NCBI GenBank assembly: GCA_010405405.1
Contig: MU004243.1
Span: 553,340 to 617,339 of the forward strand
Reading direction: 5' to 3'
DNA: 64,000 bases
Source of the DNA: Microthyrium microscopicum
Lineage: Eukaryota
Notes under the pieces: generated by a model
Database searches by the model: none
The model's input: only the letters and a program-made list of their open reading frames with translations
Told to the model about the DNA's origin: nothing
Shown: positions 12,314 through 24,778 of the stretch, in pieces
How the letters are laid out: every line of letters starts with the position of its first letter
How positions within the stretch are numbered: the first letter of the stretch is position 1
Position numbers and translations under genes: made by a program

Positions 12314-12456
12314 GGGTCTTGCCGTGACTCGAACACGGGGCCTCTTCCAAGATCGGGAAGTAAAATACCCTAAGGAAGAATCATACCACTAGACCACAAG
12401 CTGCAATAAGTTAGGTTTATGTAACGAAAAGTAGGCCAGAAAATTTAGCTTACACC
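12314..12456 (-). tRNA. tRNA-Pro(AGG) with an 18-nt anticodon-loop intron (12350-12367) and a 53-nt spliceosomal-type intron in the acceptor stem (12401-12453)
   Basis: Spliced sequence: GGT|CTTG TG GTCTAGTGGTATGATT CTTCC TTAGGG|T GGAAG AGGCC CCGTG TTCGAGT CACGG CAAGACC C. Acceptor, anticodon and T stems are all perfectly paired. Confidence 0.88.
12401..12453 (-). other. U2-type spliceosomal intron inside the tRNA acceptor stem
   Basis: GTAAGC donor at 12453, CTAAC branch point at 12414-12410, TTGCAG acceptor ending at 12401. The 53-nt length matches mRNA introns in this window. Confidence 0.85.
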
Positions 12457-12504
12457 GCAGTTGAGAATCGACGATTTTCAAGGACAAATATTGCCTGTTT
12501 TTAA

Positions 12505-12511
12505 TTATATA
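12505..12511 (-). promoter_or_regulatory. TATA box upstream of the split tRNA-Pro
   Basis: TATATAA about 50 nt upstream of tRNA G1; the surrounding sequence is AT-rich. Confidence 0.45.
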
Positions 12512-13142
12512 ATGTAAATTTCAAGCGTTACAAACTTGGACTTGAGTGGGCAGATATGGGTTTCTAGAGAGAATTTCGGAGCTGTCAAATATAAGAGCAT
12601 TAATTAAATTATTTAAATAGGTGGTCAATGGCAAAGAAATACCTAAATTCAGCGCGTAGTCGCCCAAGGGTACTCCTGGAAGCAAATATCGAGGAAGATT
12701 GTTAAATTATGTATAGATCCTCGGTTCAAGAACAGGCGTACTGCTCGATAAGGAACTCAATATCTATTTCCCGCGAGGTAATAAAAGGCTGTAGAGCAAG
12801 ACCAATACCGTGATGAAATATTCAATCCCGTATCAAGAAAGAAATATAATAGAATAGAGGACAAACACACATGTGAGATGAAGCAAATTGAAATCACAAA
12901 TTATATCATTACAGGCTACTCGCTAAATCTATATTACATTGGCCATCAGAATTGACCATTACCGTTACCAAAACATATACCCTTTTTTGTTCATGTTGAG
13001 TTGACTGCAAGCCGCAAGCAAGTGAAACGAACACTGCATTGTGATGAGGCAAGCCTGTAAGCATGATAACTCTAAAACTTAATTAATGAAAGCTTTGCTG
13101 ACTTGATTTCTTCTTGACGTGATCTTGACCAAGGCACGAACC

Positions 13143-14815
13143 TCAAATCATTGCAGCCATGGCGAAAGCAAGGAACAGAGAAGCCAGAGACAGTTGCATC
13201 GAATTGGCTGAGCCAAGATATGGCGATGGAACAGCTGGTGTGTTTGTGATATTTGCAGTCGCGAATGGGTTCTGAATGCTCGTCTTTGTAGCAGTGGTGT
13301 TGAATGAAGTAGCCGGGATGGTATTTGTATGAGTGGACACGGAAGCTGTCGGGTTGGCAGTATTGACAGGAGAGATCGGAACTGGAATTGAACCGTATCC
13401 AGGAGGAGGAGGTGGAAGATTGATAGAGGTGGAGGTCAGAGTGATGGTGCTCCCACTTGAGCTGGTAGGGCGAGTCAAGGTTATTGTCTTGGTCTTACTG
13501 ATAGTGTTGGTCAACGTAGCTGTGGAATCCTGATCTGGTGGTGTGGCAATTGGAGACACTGGAGAGGGCACCGGGATCGTCAAAGTGGAGGTGGAGCTGA
13601 TGGTAATTGTTGAGCTGCCTGGAGAGCTGAAGATCGGGGAGACTGCGGAAGATGGGACAGTCACGGTGATTGTTGACGATGAAGCCGGAGAGCTTGTCAC
13701 GGTGATTGTAGACGATGACGCCGGAGGAGAGCTAGCCACAATACTTGAAGAGGAGGATGGCGAATATGCTGGAGGGGGTCCATAGCTCTGAGGTGGTGGC
13801 GGAAGAGAAAGCACGGTTGAAGAAGATGATGCTGGTGGTGGAGGAACCGCTCGACTCGATGTCACCGTGGGATTGGCAGTTGATGGCGACGAGGCCGGTG
13901 GTGAGAAAGCTGGTGGTGGTGAGGAAGCTGGTGATGATGCAGCCGGTGGTGACGACGGTGAGGATACTGGTGGTGGAGGTCCGTAGCTCTGGGGTGGTGG
14001 AATCGCCGGGCTAGATGTTGCCGTAGGGTTGGCAGTTGATGGCGACGAGGCTGGTGGTGAGAAAGCTGGTGGTGGTGAGGAAACCGGTGGAGAGAAAGCT
14101 GGTGGTGGTGAGGAAGCCGGTGGAGAAGATGCCGGTGGAGATGCAACTGGTGGTGATGTTGGCGATGATACCGGTGGCGGAGGTCCATAGCTCTGTGGTG
14201 GTGGAAGGACTGGGCTTGAAGTAGCCGTTGGGTTGGCAGTCGATGGAGACACAGTGCTGGAGACAACCGCAGAGCTTGGCACAGGCGGAGGCGCTAGGAT
14301 CGACGAAGGCAACGAGAAGCTTGGAGAGAAGCTCTCAGTGGCCGAGGGCTTGGTCACAGCAACACTGGAAGTGATTTGAGTCTCTGGGCAGATGGTGGTA
14401 ACCTTTGGAGTGGTAACCGTGATGACAGTGGTAGAAGAGCCGGGACAATTGGTAACGGAAGAAGCACAGCTAGTGACAGTGAGTTCCGAAGTCACGTAGT
14501 AAGTTGAAGTAGTGATCGGAGCATCAGTATGAGTGACAGTCATGGTGGTCATTGAGTAAGCTGGCGCGTGTTAGACTTTGCCCAGACTATCAAAACATGA
14601 CGCATCCGGGCCAACTTACAGGCAATGTTGTCAGCCCAGCGAGGGTTGATGCCGGCGTGTTCGCGATCATTGAGAACACCACCTCCACGAGGGACATAGG
14701 CAGCGTTGGCCACAGACGCGGCTTCAAAGAGTTAGTTGGAATGTTTGTACACAAGTTGTTGGTGGAGGCATGACGTACCAAGGCCTACAACAGTAGACAG
14801 CTGAAGAGCGAGCAT
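13143..14815 (-). CDS. Ser/Thr/Pro-rich, probably GPI-anchored cell-wall protein
   Basis: Two 5' introns give the signal peptide MLALQLSTVVGLAASVANA. It has a TVTSCASSVTNCP motif, repeats PPPQSYGPPP / TANPTATSS / SSPPPAFSPP, and a hydrophobic C-terminal tail after YLGSAN. Confidence 0.85.
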
Positions 14816-15856
14816 CTTGTTCAAGATGGTCAAGAAGTTAGATGAATGGAAAAGAAGTCAGGGCAAAGGCTTTTGGATGGGATATCTTGGAACAGGTTGA
14901 AGGTGCTGAAGGTAGGTTGATGTAGAGGAAACGAAGGACAGAAGTTGGTGGAGAAGAAGGAAGAAGAAGACAAGATGAACGCTGAGCGAGCGAGTGAAAT
15001 AGGCAGCGTTGAACGGCAACCAACCGGAGCAACGGCAGCAATCAGCTTCCGACCCGCCAATTTCCCCGGTAACAGAAGGAACTAACTGAGTAAAAGGCAG
15101 GAGCGGGCTGGGACAGATGGCAGGAGCGTGGTGATAGAGAAGGAGCGGGTTGGTGTCTAGGAAAGTAGTGAGGAGAGCCTGCCTGATGTAGAAGGTGCGG
15201 ATGACTAGACTGAAATCCAAGGGAAAGCACGATATAGACGCTGAGCTACTTATTAGGAATAGTAAGGTATGACCAGCAAGACAGGAGCACTGAGACCAAG
15301 ACTGCTCTGCACTGTAGTACTCAGTACTACACTATGCCATGTGCAGTTGCTTTCCAATGGCATAGTATCAATCCGAAGACTGACAAGTCTGTGAATCCAA
15401 CAACAACAAGACAGCACTAGCCAGTCTCGACCGCCAGTAAAACTTGGCCATTGAAAGTGTGGCAACACAGTACCGGCGCGCTGGCTGCGAGAATTCCTGG
15501 CAAACGAAAACGAGAGAATGGAACGGCAAGACAAGCAGACGGGTAATTTCTGTACAGAAAGTTTGATCAATATTGATAAACAGGACGGGTATCTACAGGC
15601 TGCATCGCGCATCTGGCAGGCATTATCAGCGACTGGAGTAAAAACACGACATGTATGGTGACACCCGCGAATGGTGGCTTACCTCTAATTTCCCTGGCAG
15701 TTGTGCTTCTAGAAAGACCCTTCCTCAGGGCCAAATGAATGACAGCTAAGTCAACGCCTTACCAGCAAATCAATGACCGGCAAGTTGTAGCGTGCCTGAA
15801 GTACAGTATCGCCTCACTGTTTTCGCCATGAGTTTTGTTGTCAATTGCGATTGTTA

Positions 15857-18800
15857 CTACTCAACAGCCACTCGTCTACAGTGTGGGCAGCCCTTGCTAG
15901 CAATCGTCTTGATCATCTGTGCATGTGCGACCTTGGCGCCCACGCTTCTTGTAACTCCGATCTCTTCATCCGCCGAAGAAACCACGAGCTGCTTCTGTAG
16001 GCTTTGCGCCGTGGCGATGGCTAGTTCATCGTCAAGCGTCGTTATTATGCAAGAAAGGTGGTAGATATGACCACAAGCAAATCCAATCAAGATATCCTTG
16101 TCTGCAATTCCATTAGTATGTCACAAGATAATCAGTCATCTCAAACAACTTACCATCAACCATGAAGGCCTTTCTACACCGTACACAATGCCCTGGTTCT
16201 GGTGGCCGATGTGACGGTTGCTCTTCTTCTTTTGCCGTGACTATTTCTTGATCACCTTTAGTCGTTTTAGCATCCGTAGTCGCAACTTCTTTTTCTCCAA
16301 GCACGTCAAATTTGACACCTCTTTGCCGACCGTTGCGTAGAGCTTCCATGCCCCCTGCCACCTCGCCTCTGAGTACTCGGGCGACTCCTTCGCTAATGCT
16401 ACCTTGGATTTCGTACTCTCTGACCATTCGCCTGATACCATCACGGAGGCCTTCAATTTCCAGCCCCTCTGGGATTCGTCGGACAAGCTTGATAGGATCA
16501 ATTGCTGTGCCAACCTCTTCCAATAACCCTTTGATGAACCCCGGCTTGTCCATGGAGAATTCAAGTAGATCATCCCATAGCTCGGCATCTTCCTGTTCTT
16601 TGGCAAACTCAATAGCGAATCTGACATCACCTAATGAACTGATAATCAAACCCAGTGCTCGCTTAGTTTGACCTGTTTGTGACAACAGGTAAACTAGCTC
16701 CGGAAAGTATTGTTTTTGTTCACATAGTGCTGTGGCTTGCTCGTACGAGTAACTCCTCGATTGTCGAAGGAAATCCATGAGATTGGTGCGATCATAGTCG
16801 GCAAAGAGAGCGACCGCCAAGTCACCAAAATCTTCCACAGCCATACGACCTTCAGATTGGAATCGCTGACTACTGAATCGATGCGATTTTGTGTCTATAG
16901 TTCCGTGACCTTTCCATAGTGCGCGGAAAAAGAAAAACAGGAATGGTCGATATTGATTGCCTTTCGCCTGGATCTGCTTCACAACCTTGTCTGGCTCTAT
17001 TGCTCCTTTGATGGATTCTTCAACGAGCATGCGTACGGCCTCCGTAATATTTTCTTCCAGTTCTGCTAAATTCGCGGACACTAGTTGATCTCGGGAGACC
17101 CTTAGCATCAAAAAGCCAACTACATCTTCAGCTATTGATTCAACCAGGTGATATTCGCTGATCAGATCCATTGCAGCATCGGCATTCTGCAGTTTGATGT
17201 AGCATCGCAGAGCTTCCTTTGGGCGACCATCGGCAATATAGAGTTTGGCAAGAGCGTCGAGTAATATTCGCCAGTCTCGGCCTTGCACACCATCCTGAAT
17301 AGAATCTTCACTAGCATCTCCATCTCCAAGTCTCTTTTCGATGGCTGCAGTGACATGTCCAATGTTGAAAAGCTCTGGCTCCCAACTATCGATCAAATCT
17401 TTGAATCGAATGCGATCTCGAATGATATAGTGACCTAAGAGCCGCTCGTACACAATGGAAGGTATTCGAGGGGTTGTCGGCTTGTTGGGGATATAGGGTG
17501 TTATTTCGTTGAACCTGCCGGCTTGTGCAAATTTCCATACCCAGTGCTCCCATCGAGGTGATGCTCCAAGAACTTTCCCAGCAGTTTGACCTGCATTAGC
17601 CCAGTCGTCTGCTGCAACAAGTTGTTGAATCCAAAGATCACCAATTCGGCGAGCTTCATTTTCAGTCGCCCTTTTCTGATTTTTGGTTGCGGAAAGGGTA
17701 GTTTGAGAAGCCGAGTCATCTGCGAAAAAGTCTACCAAGCTCTGCCGCTTTAAAGGAGATGCTGAACCATTACCGTCCTCGATGGAAAAGTCGTCGCTAG
17801 ATGTGGCAATGACTTCAGGGTGATCCTTCACGAGCTCCCAAGCCTCTTTGTATTCTTCATGTTCCAACAACCATTGTAGATGGTCTGCAAGATCTCTTTT
17901 GAGGGCTAAGACGCAATCGTAGGGGCTTTGCACAAATAGTTTGAGTCCGGATGTAGCTGACAAAGGAACCGCTTCGAGGGAAGGATTGCGAGAGGGCGAA
18001 GCTCCTGGTACTTTGCTGAGACTACCTTGGCGTGTAGCAGGGGATGCAAATGCATTATCACCACTTCCAGTACCACTGCGTATACTGGCCGCAGAGCTGA
18101 ATATTCGAGTTGCACTAATGCTAGCATCCCAGAGGCCTCCACTAAAAGCTTCCAAAGCACTTCGTTGGACAGTGCTAGCTATTGGAACAGTTGGCACGAA
18201 AAGAGTCCCGAGATGATAGTCCGCGGCAGAAAGCGACTCATAGCGACTCATTGTCAGCGTGTCAACATCGACTTCTTCTTTGGAATTGACATCAATGAGT
18301 CTGAGCTCGGGCGATAGTCCCGTTTGACGATGGTGAACACCTCTTCTTGGTGTTGTTTGAACCATGACTGGAAGAGGTTTGTCTTCGTCGTCTCGAGTTC
18401 TATATGCGAGTACAGCCAGTAATGAAGGTGTGTAGAGAGATACTCCCGACACTATACAATCATCAAAAAGGAGACTATGAAACATAAGTAAAGATAGTCC
18501 GTCCAGGATTATAACTTACTGGTGGAGAATGGAGGCGCTGCCGCTTGTTCGTTTAGAATTGTCCCGTCCAGCGTTGTGTTCAGCCTTGACCTGGACGACC
18601 CACACAGTATCTCCCCATCCTATGACCAATTTTTCTGACCTCTTCTTTTTATTCACCACGGGCGTTTGGCGAGCTGAATGTAAGGCAGAGAGAGCGTTAC
18701 GAGCAGGAGTTTCGGGATGACCACCATTCGTGACCGAAGGCTCATCGTCGCCAGTTTCAAGCGATTGATCATCAATCCACTCAGCACGTGCTTTCCATAC

Positions 18801-19999
18801 CCCAGCCATGTCTTCCCATTTTGCTCGATTTGGCCGATCAATATGGCCTATTCGATTCCAAGCCAGTTCCGAATCACCGCTTTCGAGGTGGGAGTTCGTG
18901 CGCATAATCTTGACTCCTTGTTCATTCACCCACACGACAAACTTGCCAGTGTGAGACCATTTGATCACACTGATGGGACCTTCACCGGAATGAATTATTC
19001 GATCGGATCCAGTATTTGTGCCCAGGCCAATGCTGTTGAGCCAGCCGGAGGCCGCAGAAGACGCCAAGTTAGTATTTGCTTTGGCACTCACGCCTGATCT
19101 ACCTCCAACTGTGAGTATCAAGTTTCCTGCCAGCCCACCAGAGAGATATGATCGATCATTTTTATAGTCTTGAGATAGTGCCACGGCCGAAACTGGCCTG
19201 GAGAAGTTTCGAATAGTGACATCTTTGTAGTCAACCAGGTTCGCAACACAAACATGGCCGTCAATGGAGGATGTGGCAATATAAATGGCATTAGATGGAC
19301 TAGCAGGTATGGGATTTTGTCTCGGTGTCGCAGGAGATGGTGCTGGCTTCGAATCGGGGTTTTCCCTTGCGGGAGATGAAGTAGGCGCATCACTGTTTGG
19401 AAGTGGTCGGGGAAAATCTGTTTTCAGGCTTGAAAACGGGAGTGGAAAAGGAGAGACGGAGACTGCGGTAACGCTAGCAGAATGCGCATTATAGATCTTC
19501 AAGGGCTGGAAGGTTGGCATAGATAATATCGCCTGTAGCTAATTAACGATGACCATTTCAGGGACATGTATTCCTCTTACTATGTTTCCATTGTGAGTGC
19601 CTATGATCTAAAGAATAATTCAGCATCGGATCGAGTTTGACTTGTATAGAAATATACCATTTTATCTCCGCCGACCAGGAAACTACTTGTCGCATCTCCA
19701 TTTCGATAAACAGAACTCAATTTTCCGGTGAGCCTGTGGTATTTGAGCCTGGGCTCTTCGTCGGCGCTGTCATTCTCCTCTGCGCTGTCGTCATCCTCGT
19801 CCTCTCCCTCCAGAGAGACATCTTCGTCTTCGGGCGCATGATTGCGCGGAGTTTCTGAGACCTCTTTTTTTGAAGACTCGATGGGCTTGGAGCCCCCGGT
19901 CGTAGTCCGAGAAGGTGTTATAGGAGGGCTTGAAGGCGTGGGCCTGGTGGGTGATCTGGGAGACTCTTCGGGTGTATCGTCATGAGGCTCTGTCGCCAT
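15857..19999 (-). CDS. VPS41: HOPS complex subunit Vps41
   Basis: EEPRLKY..L, GTHNG micro-exon, WD40 region, clathrin-repeat region (ELVYLLSQTGQTKRAL, LWDDLLEFSMDKP), and a C-terminal RING (C..C / CGHIYHLSC / CPHC) across the last intron. Confidence 0.95.
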
Positions 20000-20386
20000 G
20001 GCCGGTATTAGACCTACCTGCCTTCGCTGGGGAGGAGGATTTGCAGCAGATCGACATCTAGAAAGACAACATTCATAGCAGCACCAACAAGTAAAGCGTG
20101 TGTGGAAGAGAGGTTTGGAAGGAAAAGAGACGCGACAAGAGACGAGACGAGATGTAACTCGTTGACGTGGAGAGGATGCAGCTCAAGCTCCAGCTCCAGC
20201 GCAGAGAGTGCTGCCGCCTGCCGAAACTGCCATCCATGACTTGGTCATAGCTTCATTTTTTTCCATCTCCAAGTTCCAACTCGCGGCAATCCTCAGGACA
20301 ATACTACACACCAGCATTACTGAACAATTGAGTCTTGTCGAAGCGGCGTATCTTGATATCTCGGTTCGAGATGCCCAACTGTCTCG

Positions 20387-21839
20387 ATGATCCCCTTTCG
20401 ACTATTGTCAGCCACTACTCACCGCGCTAGGCCACGACCATCGATTCTGATCAACGCTTTGAGAACGGCTTCTATTCGGCCTTTTGCTGCGAGCTCGACG
20501 AATTACAAGAAACAAGATAACAATCAGGTTGATATTAAGAAGGATGCAGCCCAAAAGTCAAGATTGTCTCCTACGAAAGCCTCGCTGAGGAGGGTATCTC
20601 TCGAGGCGCAAAGATCAAGATTGATTGTAAATCGGGCTGGAAGACGATTCGTTGATCCTGGTGTTTCTATAAAGGTGTTTTTGATATAGCTGCCAATACG
20701 TCTATGCTATGGTTCTTGCTAACAATGCGCAGAAAGTCGCTGCATACTGCGCTGCTGAGAAGTATGACATCAATATCGCTTCTCAGCTTTTGAGAGATCA
20801 CGGCTTCGACGTCGACCCCTATAATACTGGACTGTATCCACAAGTGATTCACATACAAACTCCGATACTATTGACGAGCAAGCACACAGCTGTCAAGGAT
20901 CTCAACAATGGCTCACCAGGCGATGTCTTTGTTTTCCCATCTGGAACCTTGGTCGCATGGAATGTACCCGATCGTACTGCTCTTGCCATCGTCGAAAAAG
21001 TCCTTCCTCCGGCAACCGTCAATTCTCATTCGGGTTATGTCGAAATTGAGAAAGAAGATCTAGAGTATATTGAGGATGTTACGTCGAGTCGTAGTGATAT
21101 CGTTGGAGACACTGTGGTCTTGGGTATAAAACCAGATTCAGACACAGCTATGTCATCCAACGTCGAAAAATTACCCGCTACATCTCAGGCTGCTGTTGAG
21201 GTTGATACAATACTCGCGAAAATTGCATTTTCGTCCGGATTAGCTAGATCCACAAAGCTTGCCGTCCTCGAAAGACTGACCGATGCCTATTTTGAATCTA
21301 CGCGATCAATTCCGTTACTCATGTCAAAGGGAACACCTCTTCCAATCAACAAACCTCGAGTATTACGAAAAGTTTGCGAATTGCTTGGTTTTGGCTCGCG
21401 ACTCCCGTTCAGTCGACCATTTATCTTACGGAAAACCGGCGAGCTGCTCAGTATTCGCGCTCAATTGAATCTTTACAGTGAACTGACAGATTCACTTCCT
21501 GATCTTTTCTGGGACAGTCGGCATGAGTTAGGACTCGAAAACTACTACGACCTGGTCGGGCGAGCCCTTGATGTCGGTGTTCGCATCAAAGTTTTGAACG
21601 AAAAGATAGACTACGCCCAAGAAATTGCCAGTGTTCTCCGGGAAACCTTGAGTGAGCGACACAGTCTCCGTTTAGAATGGGGCATCATCATCTTGATTTT
21701 TATTGAGGTGGTTTTTGAATTTACGAAGGGAACCAAAGAACATGGGGAAAAAGACGAACATAAGCTCCTAGAAAGCTTACTGGAGAAATACTTCCAGAAC
21801 AAAGCAGATGCCGAACAACAAGAAAGCGTCAAAAAATAA
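20387..21839 (+). CDS. RMD1/RMND1 (DUF155) family protein, probably mitochondrial
   Basis: Arg-rich presequence and one intron. Motifs AYCAAEKY, VFVFPSGTLVAWN, AFSSGLARSTKL, PDLFWD, RIKVLNEKIDY and RLEWGIIILI. Confidence 0.9.
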
Positions 21840-24778
21840 CACGCCTCAGATCTAACATCTAGCAAACTCCACTCCGAGCTGAACAAAATGAGTATTAATA
21901 CTCCCCTCAACCCAATAATTGTAGCGTCAGCCCATGGACTTGAATCAAGCCGGAATGTAAATAACTTTCGTAGTATTTTCATCATTCAATTGGTGCATTG
22001 ACGTCCCCTTATGTCGACAAAACGGCACCAATCGACCGGTAGCGAACATCGGTATCTCAAGAGAGATCTGGGGCAAAGCTGATTCGTTTGACCAAGCGCC
22101 ATGAAAAATTGCAAGAGATACCCGCATCTCGGTGCAAATAGAAGCGGTAACTCCCTAGTCAGATATAAGGGGGCGAGATTACTTACGGGACTCGCATAAA
22201 TTGTTTGGCTAGTATGGTTCAATCGCACCTCGTGACGCAGCAGGGCTCGTTGTCTGGCTTCTGTTTGTTCTTCTGGAAAGAAGGTGTTTCTCTTTAGTGC
22301 CTTTGCACGTTCATAAGTAAAACACTTTCTGTGTCACAGAATTATGTGCCTGGCGGTCCACATACTGTATAGCTGCGCCTTTTCCTTTCTAGTTGAGTCG
22401 ACCCTTTCCATGGTAAACTGTTCTGGCTGAAGGATCTACTGGATCAAATCCGACGGCCTGACAACTTGCTTGGACCTTATCTTGCTATGCAGCTCGACAG
22501 TACCACTATTCAAAGGCCACGAGACCAACACAGTTAACCATGATATACATCTGTATGAGCTTCTTTACGAGGTAATGCTGCAATCATGGAGTAACTCCAT
22601 CTTATCACTGAGTTCTCCCAGCCGGACAGTTTGCGACATCGGATGCTTTGCTCTGTACCTATGTAGCTCAAGCAATAGTCGCATAGAGTGATGTAAAGAT
22701 TCAAAAAAGGCGGCCTCTTGAGCATTTCGCTTTCGCATTCGAATGGGAATCAAGAATCAATAGCAAGGACTTGTGGGCCCGGGCACCTATTGCGATTACC
22801 ATTTTCTAGACCGTTCCATTCATTTTGTTATCATATTTGTTTTATGCATCTGACTTGAACCATACAAAGACTTGATATGCGACATTCTAAACATGCTACA
22901 AAGGTTGGATATGCACAATTGACCATGCACGCGTAAGATCCCAGCTTCGGAATGAGCCGTAACCTGTGGAGAAGAAGTGCATCTCAGCCCTGCGATCGTT
23001 CCGGGGTAGAATAGTGTCTGGAACACTGGTCTGCCCATGCCTGCTCTTGGTGGTTAGCTTGGCATGATCAAGCTTGCTATCTCGTCCTCGCGATGACTTT
23101 CGAAGTATTGAGATCCACGGATCCATACCTGCCGGGCCATGCAGATTCTACGGGCTTTTTTGTCTCGCGGTGCAATGAATTTCCGCGCCTTGTCTTGATG
23201 CTTTTTCATGACCAGCCAAGCCAGCTTTTCAATTCACTTTACACCGCACAACTCCATGGCTAAGTGCGAGAGTAACGTTGATAAGGGAGTTGGCACTGGC
23301 ATAAGTTTGACATGATATCCAGAATTCTCCGGCAACAGATCTGTAGCGCGAAGAAAAGAGGAATAGGCTGTAAACAATTTGGATGTGGGGGATTCCGTCA
23401 AATTGTAATATATTCTTCCATCTTCCATATTACCAGTAACCTGTTACGATGGGAAAGTGTTTCAACAGCGCGCGCCCACTGAAGTCCCTGTCAAGGTTCA
23501 TGTCCCTCCAACCAAGTGTCGTCCTATCTCAATCATCTGTAACTGGAGGATGACTGCAGCTGCCAGCAGGGCATCAGTCGTTATGGTGGTACGCGACCTC
23601 GCCTCCATTCGAATGGGTTTGTGACTTTGTCCCACTGTGTACACTGTACAGTAGGCGGTGAAACGAATCATATTGACAACAGCAGAGGGCTTTGGCGTTC
23701 CTTTAAACTCGACCTCTAAACTAGATCGCGCCCCCACATACGCCGCATCAGTAGAGGGACCAATTACATTTGACATATAAGGCAGTAGATCAATCATACC
23801 TGTTAGATCTTAGTCCCTCATACATTTAGCTTTTACAAGTAGAAATGTAGCTCAAGGAGTAGTTTCCCTGCCCCCCTTTAACCCTGTAAGTAGAGCCAAG
23901 GAAAATCCTCAAGGCATACAACACGTTCGGTCCACCCGGTTACATATCAGCCCATAGCCAGTCAACGCGTACTATTATCCATGGATTGATATTACATCTA
24001 GTCTTGGCACCCTTGAGACTATTTCGTTCCATTTACGACGAAAAGGTAGCTATTCACATTGAGTGCTGCTCCAAATTTACCGTGGTTCCGCGCTACCTAT
24101 CTCCATATTCTCCACACCCGTCAAGGATTGGATCGTAAGGCACCCTAGCACTTTGATCCTCGGCCAAACACTCAGTGCGAGTATTCACTGTCTCTTGTCC
24201 CCTGCCACGATCTATGGCCCACGCCGCAATCTTGCTACAGTCCTCCAACTTCTAGTCTTCAATCTGAAGCCGCACTCTCTCGTCAACCTAACTTCCTCCA
24301 TAAGCAGCCGTTTGGTGACCCTGATTCTCGCCATCACACGTCTACAACGCGTCGATCATCCTCGTAGATCGTTCACAACATACATCTATCTGATCGTACC
24401 GTCTTTGCAACCAACAAGTACCCATTCTCTGGTCCCGCGCCCTGAGTCCTGTGAACACTGTGACTGGAGGCTCTGCTGTTTATACTCTGGTGGAGAAACA
24501 GAAGCAGTATCACATCAACCAAACACCTGGATTCCGCAGGCCATGACATAAGTGCCATTGAACTTTTCCACGTGGTAAAACATTTAGAATCCGTCTTGTA
24601 TAGTTCGGCAGTCTGTCAGGACAACGCCGATCGGAGCCTCGACTCAACGCTTTATCTAAGCAGTAATAGACATACCCGGGACATTCCATTTGGTGCTGGC
24701 TTCACGGACCTCTACTATCAGCAATCCACGATCCACCCGCCGAAAGAATCACCGGATCGATCACTTTAACCCTTCTAG

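Noticed and set aside
12093..12392. 99-aa Pro/His-rich ORF and (CCTCAT)n tract
   Set aside because: Low-complexity C-rich DNA that overlaps the tRNA antisense.
13333..14266. Overlapping alternative-frame and antisense ORFs (also inside VPS41, the Sec7 gene and SPC105)
   Set aside because: Shadows of real coding sequence.
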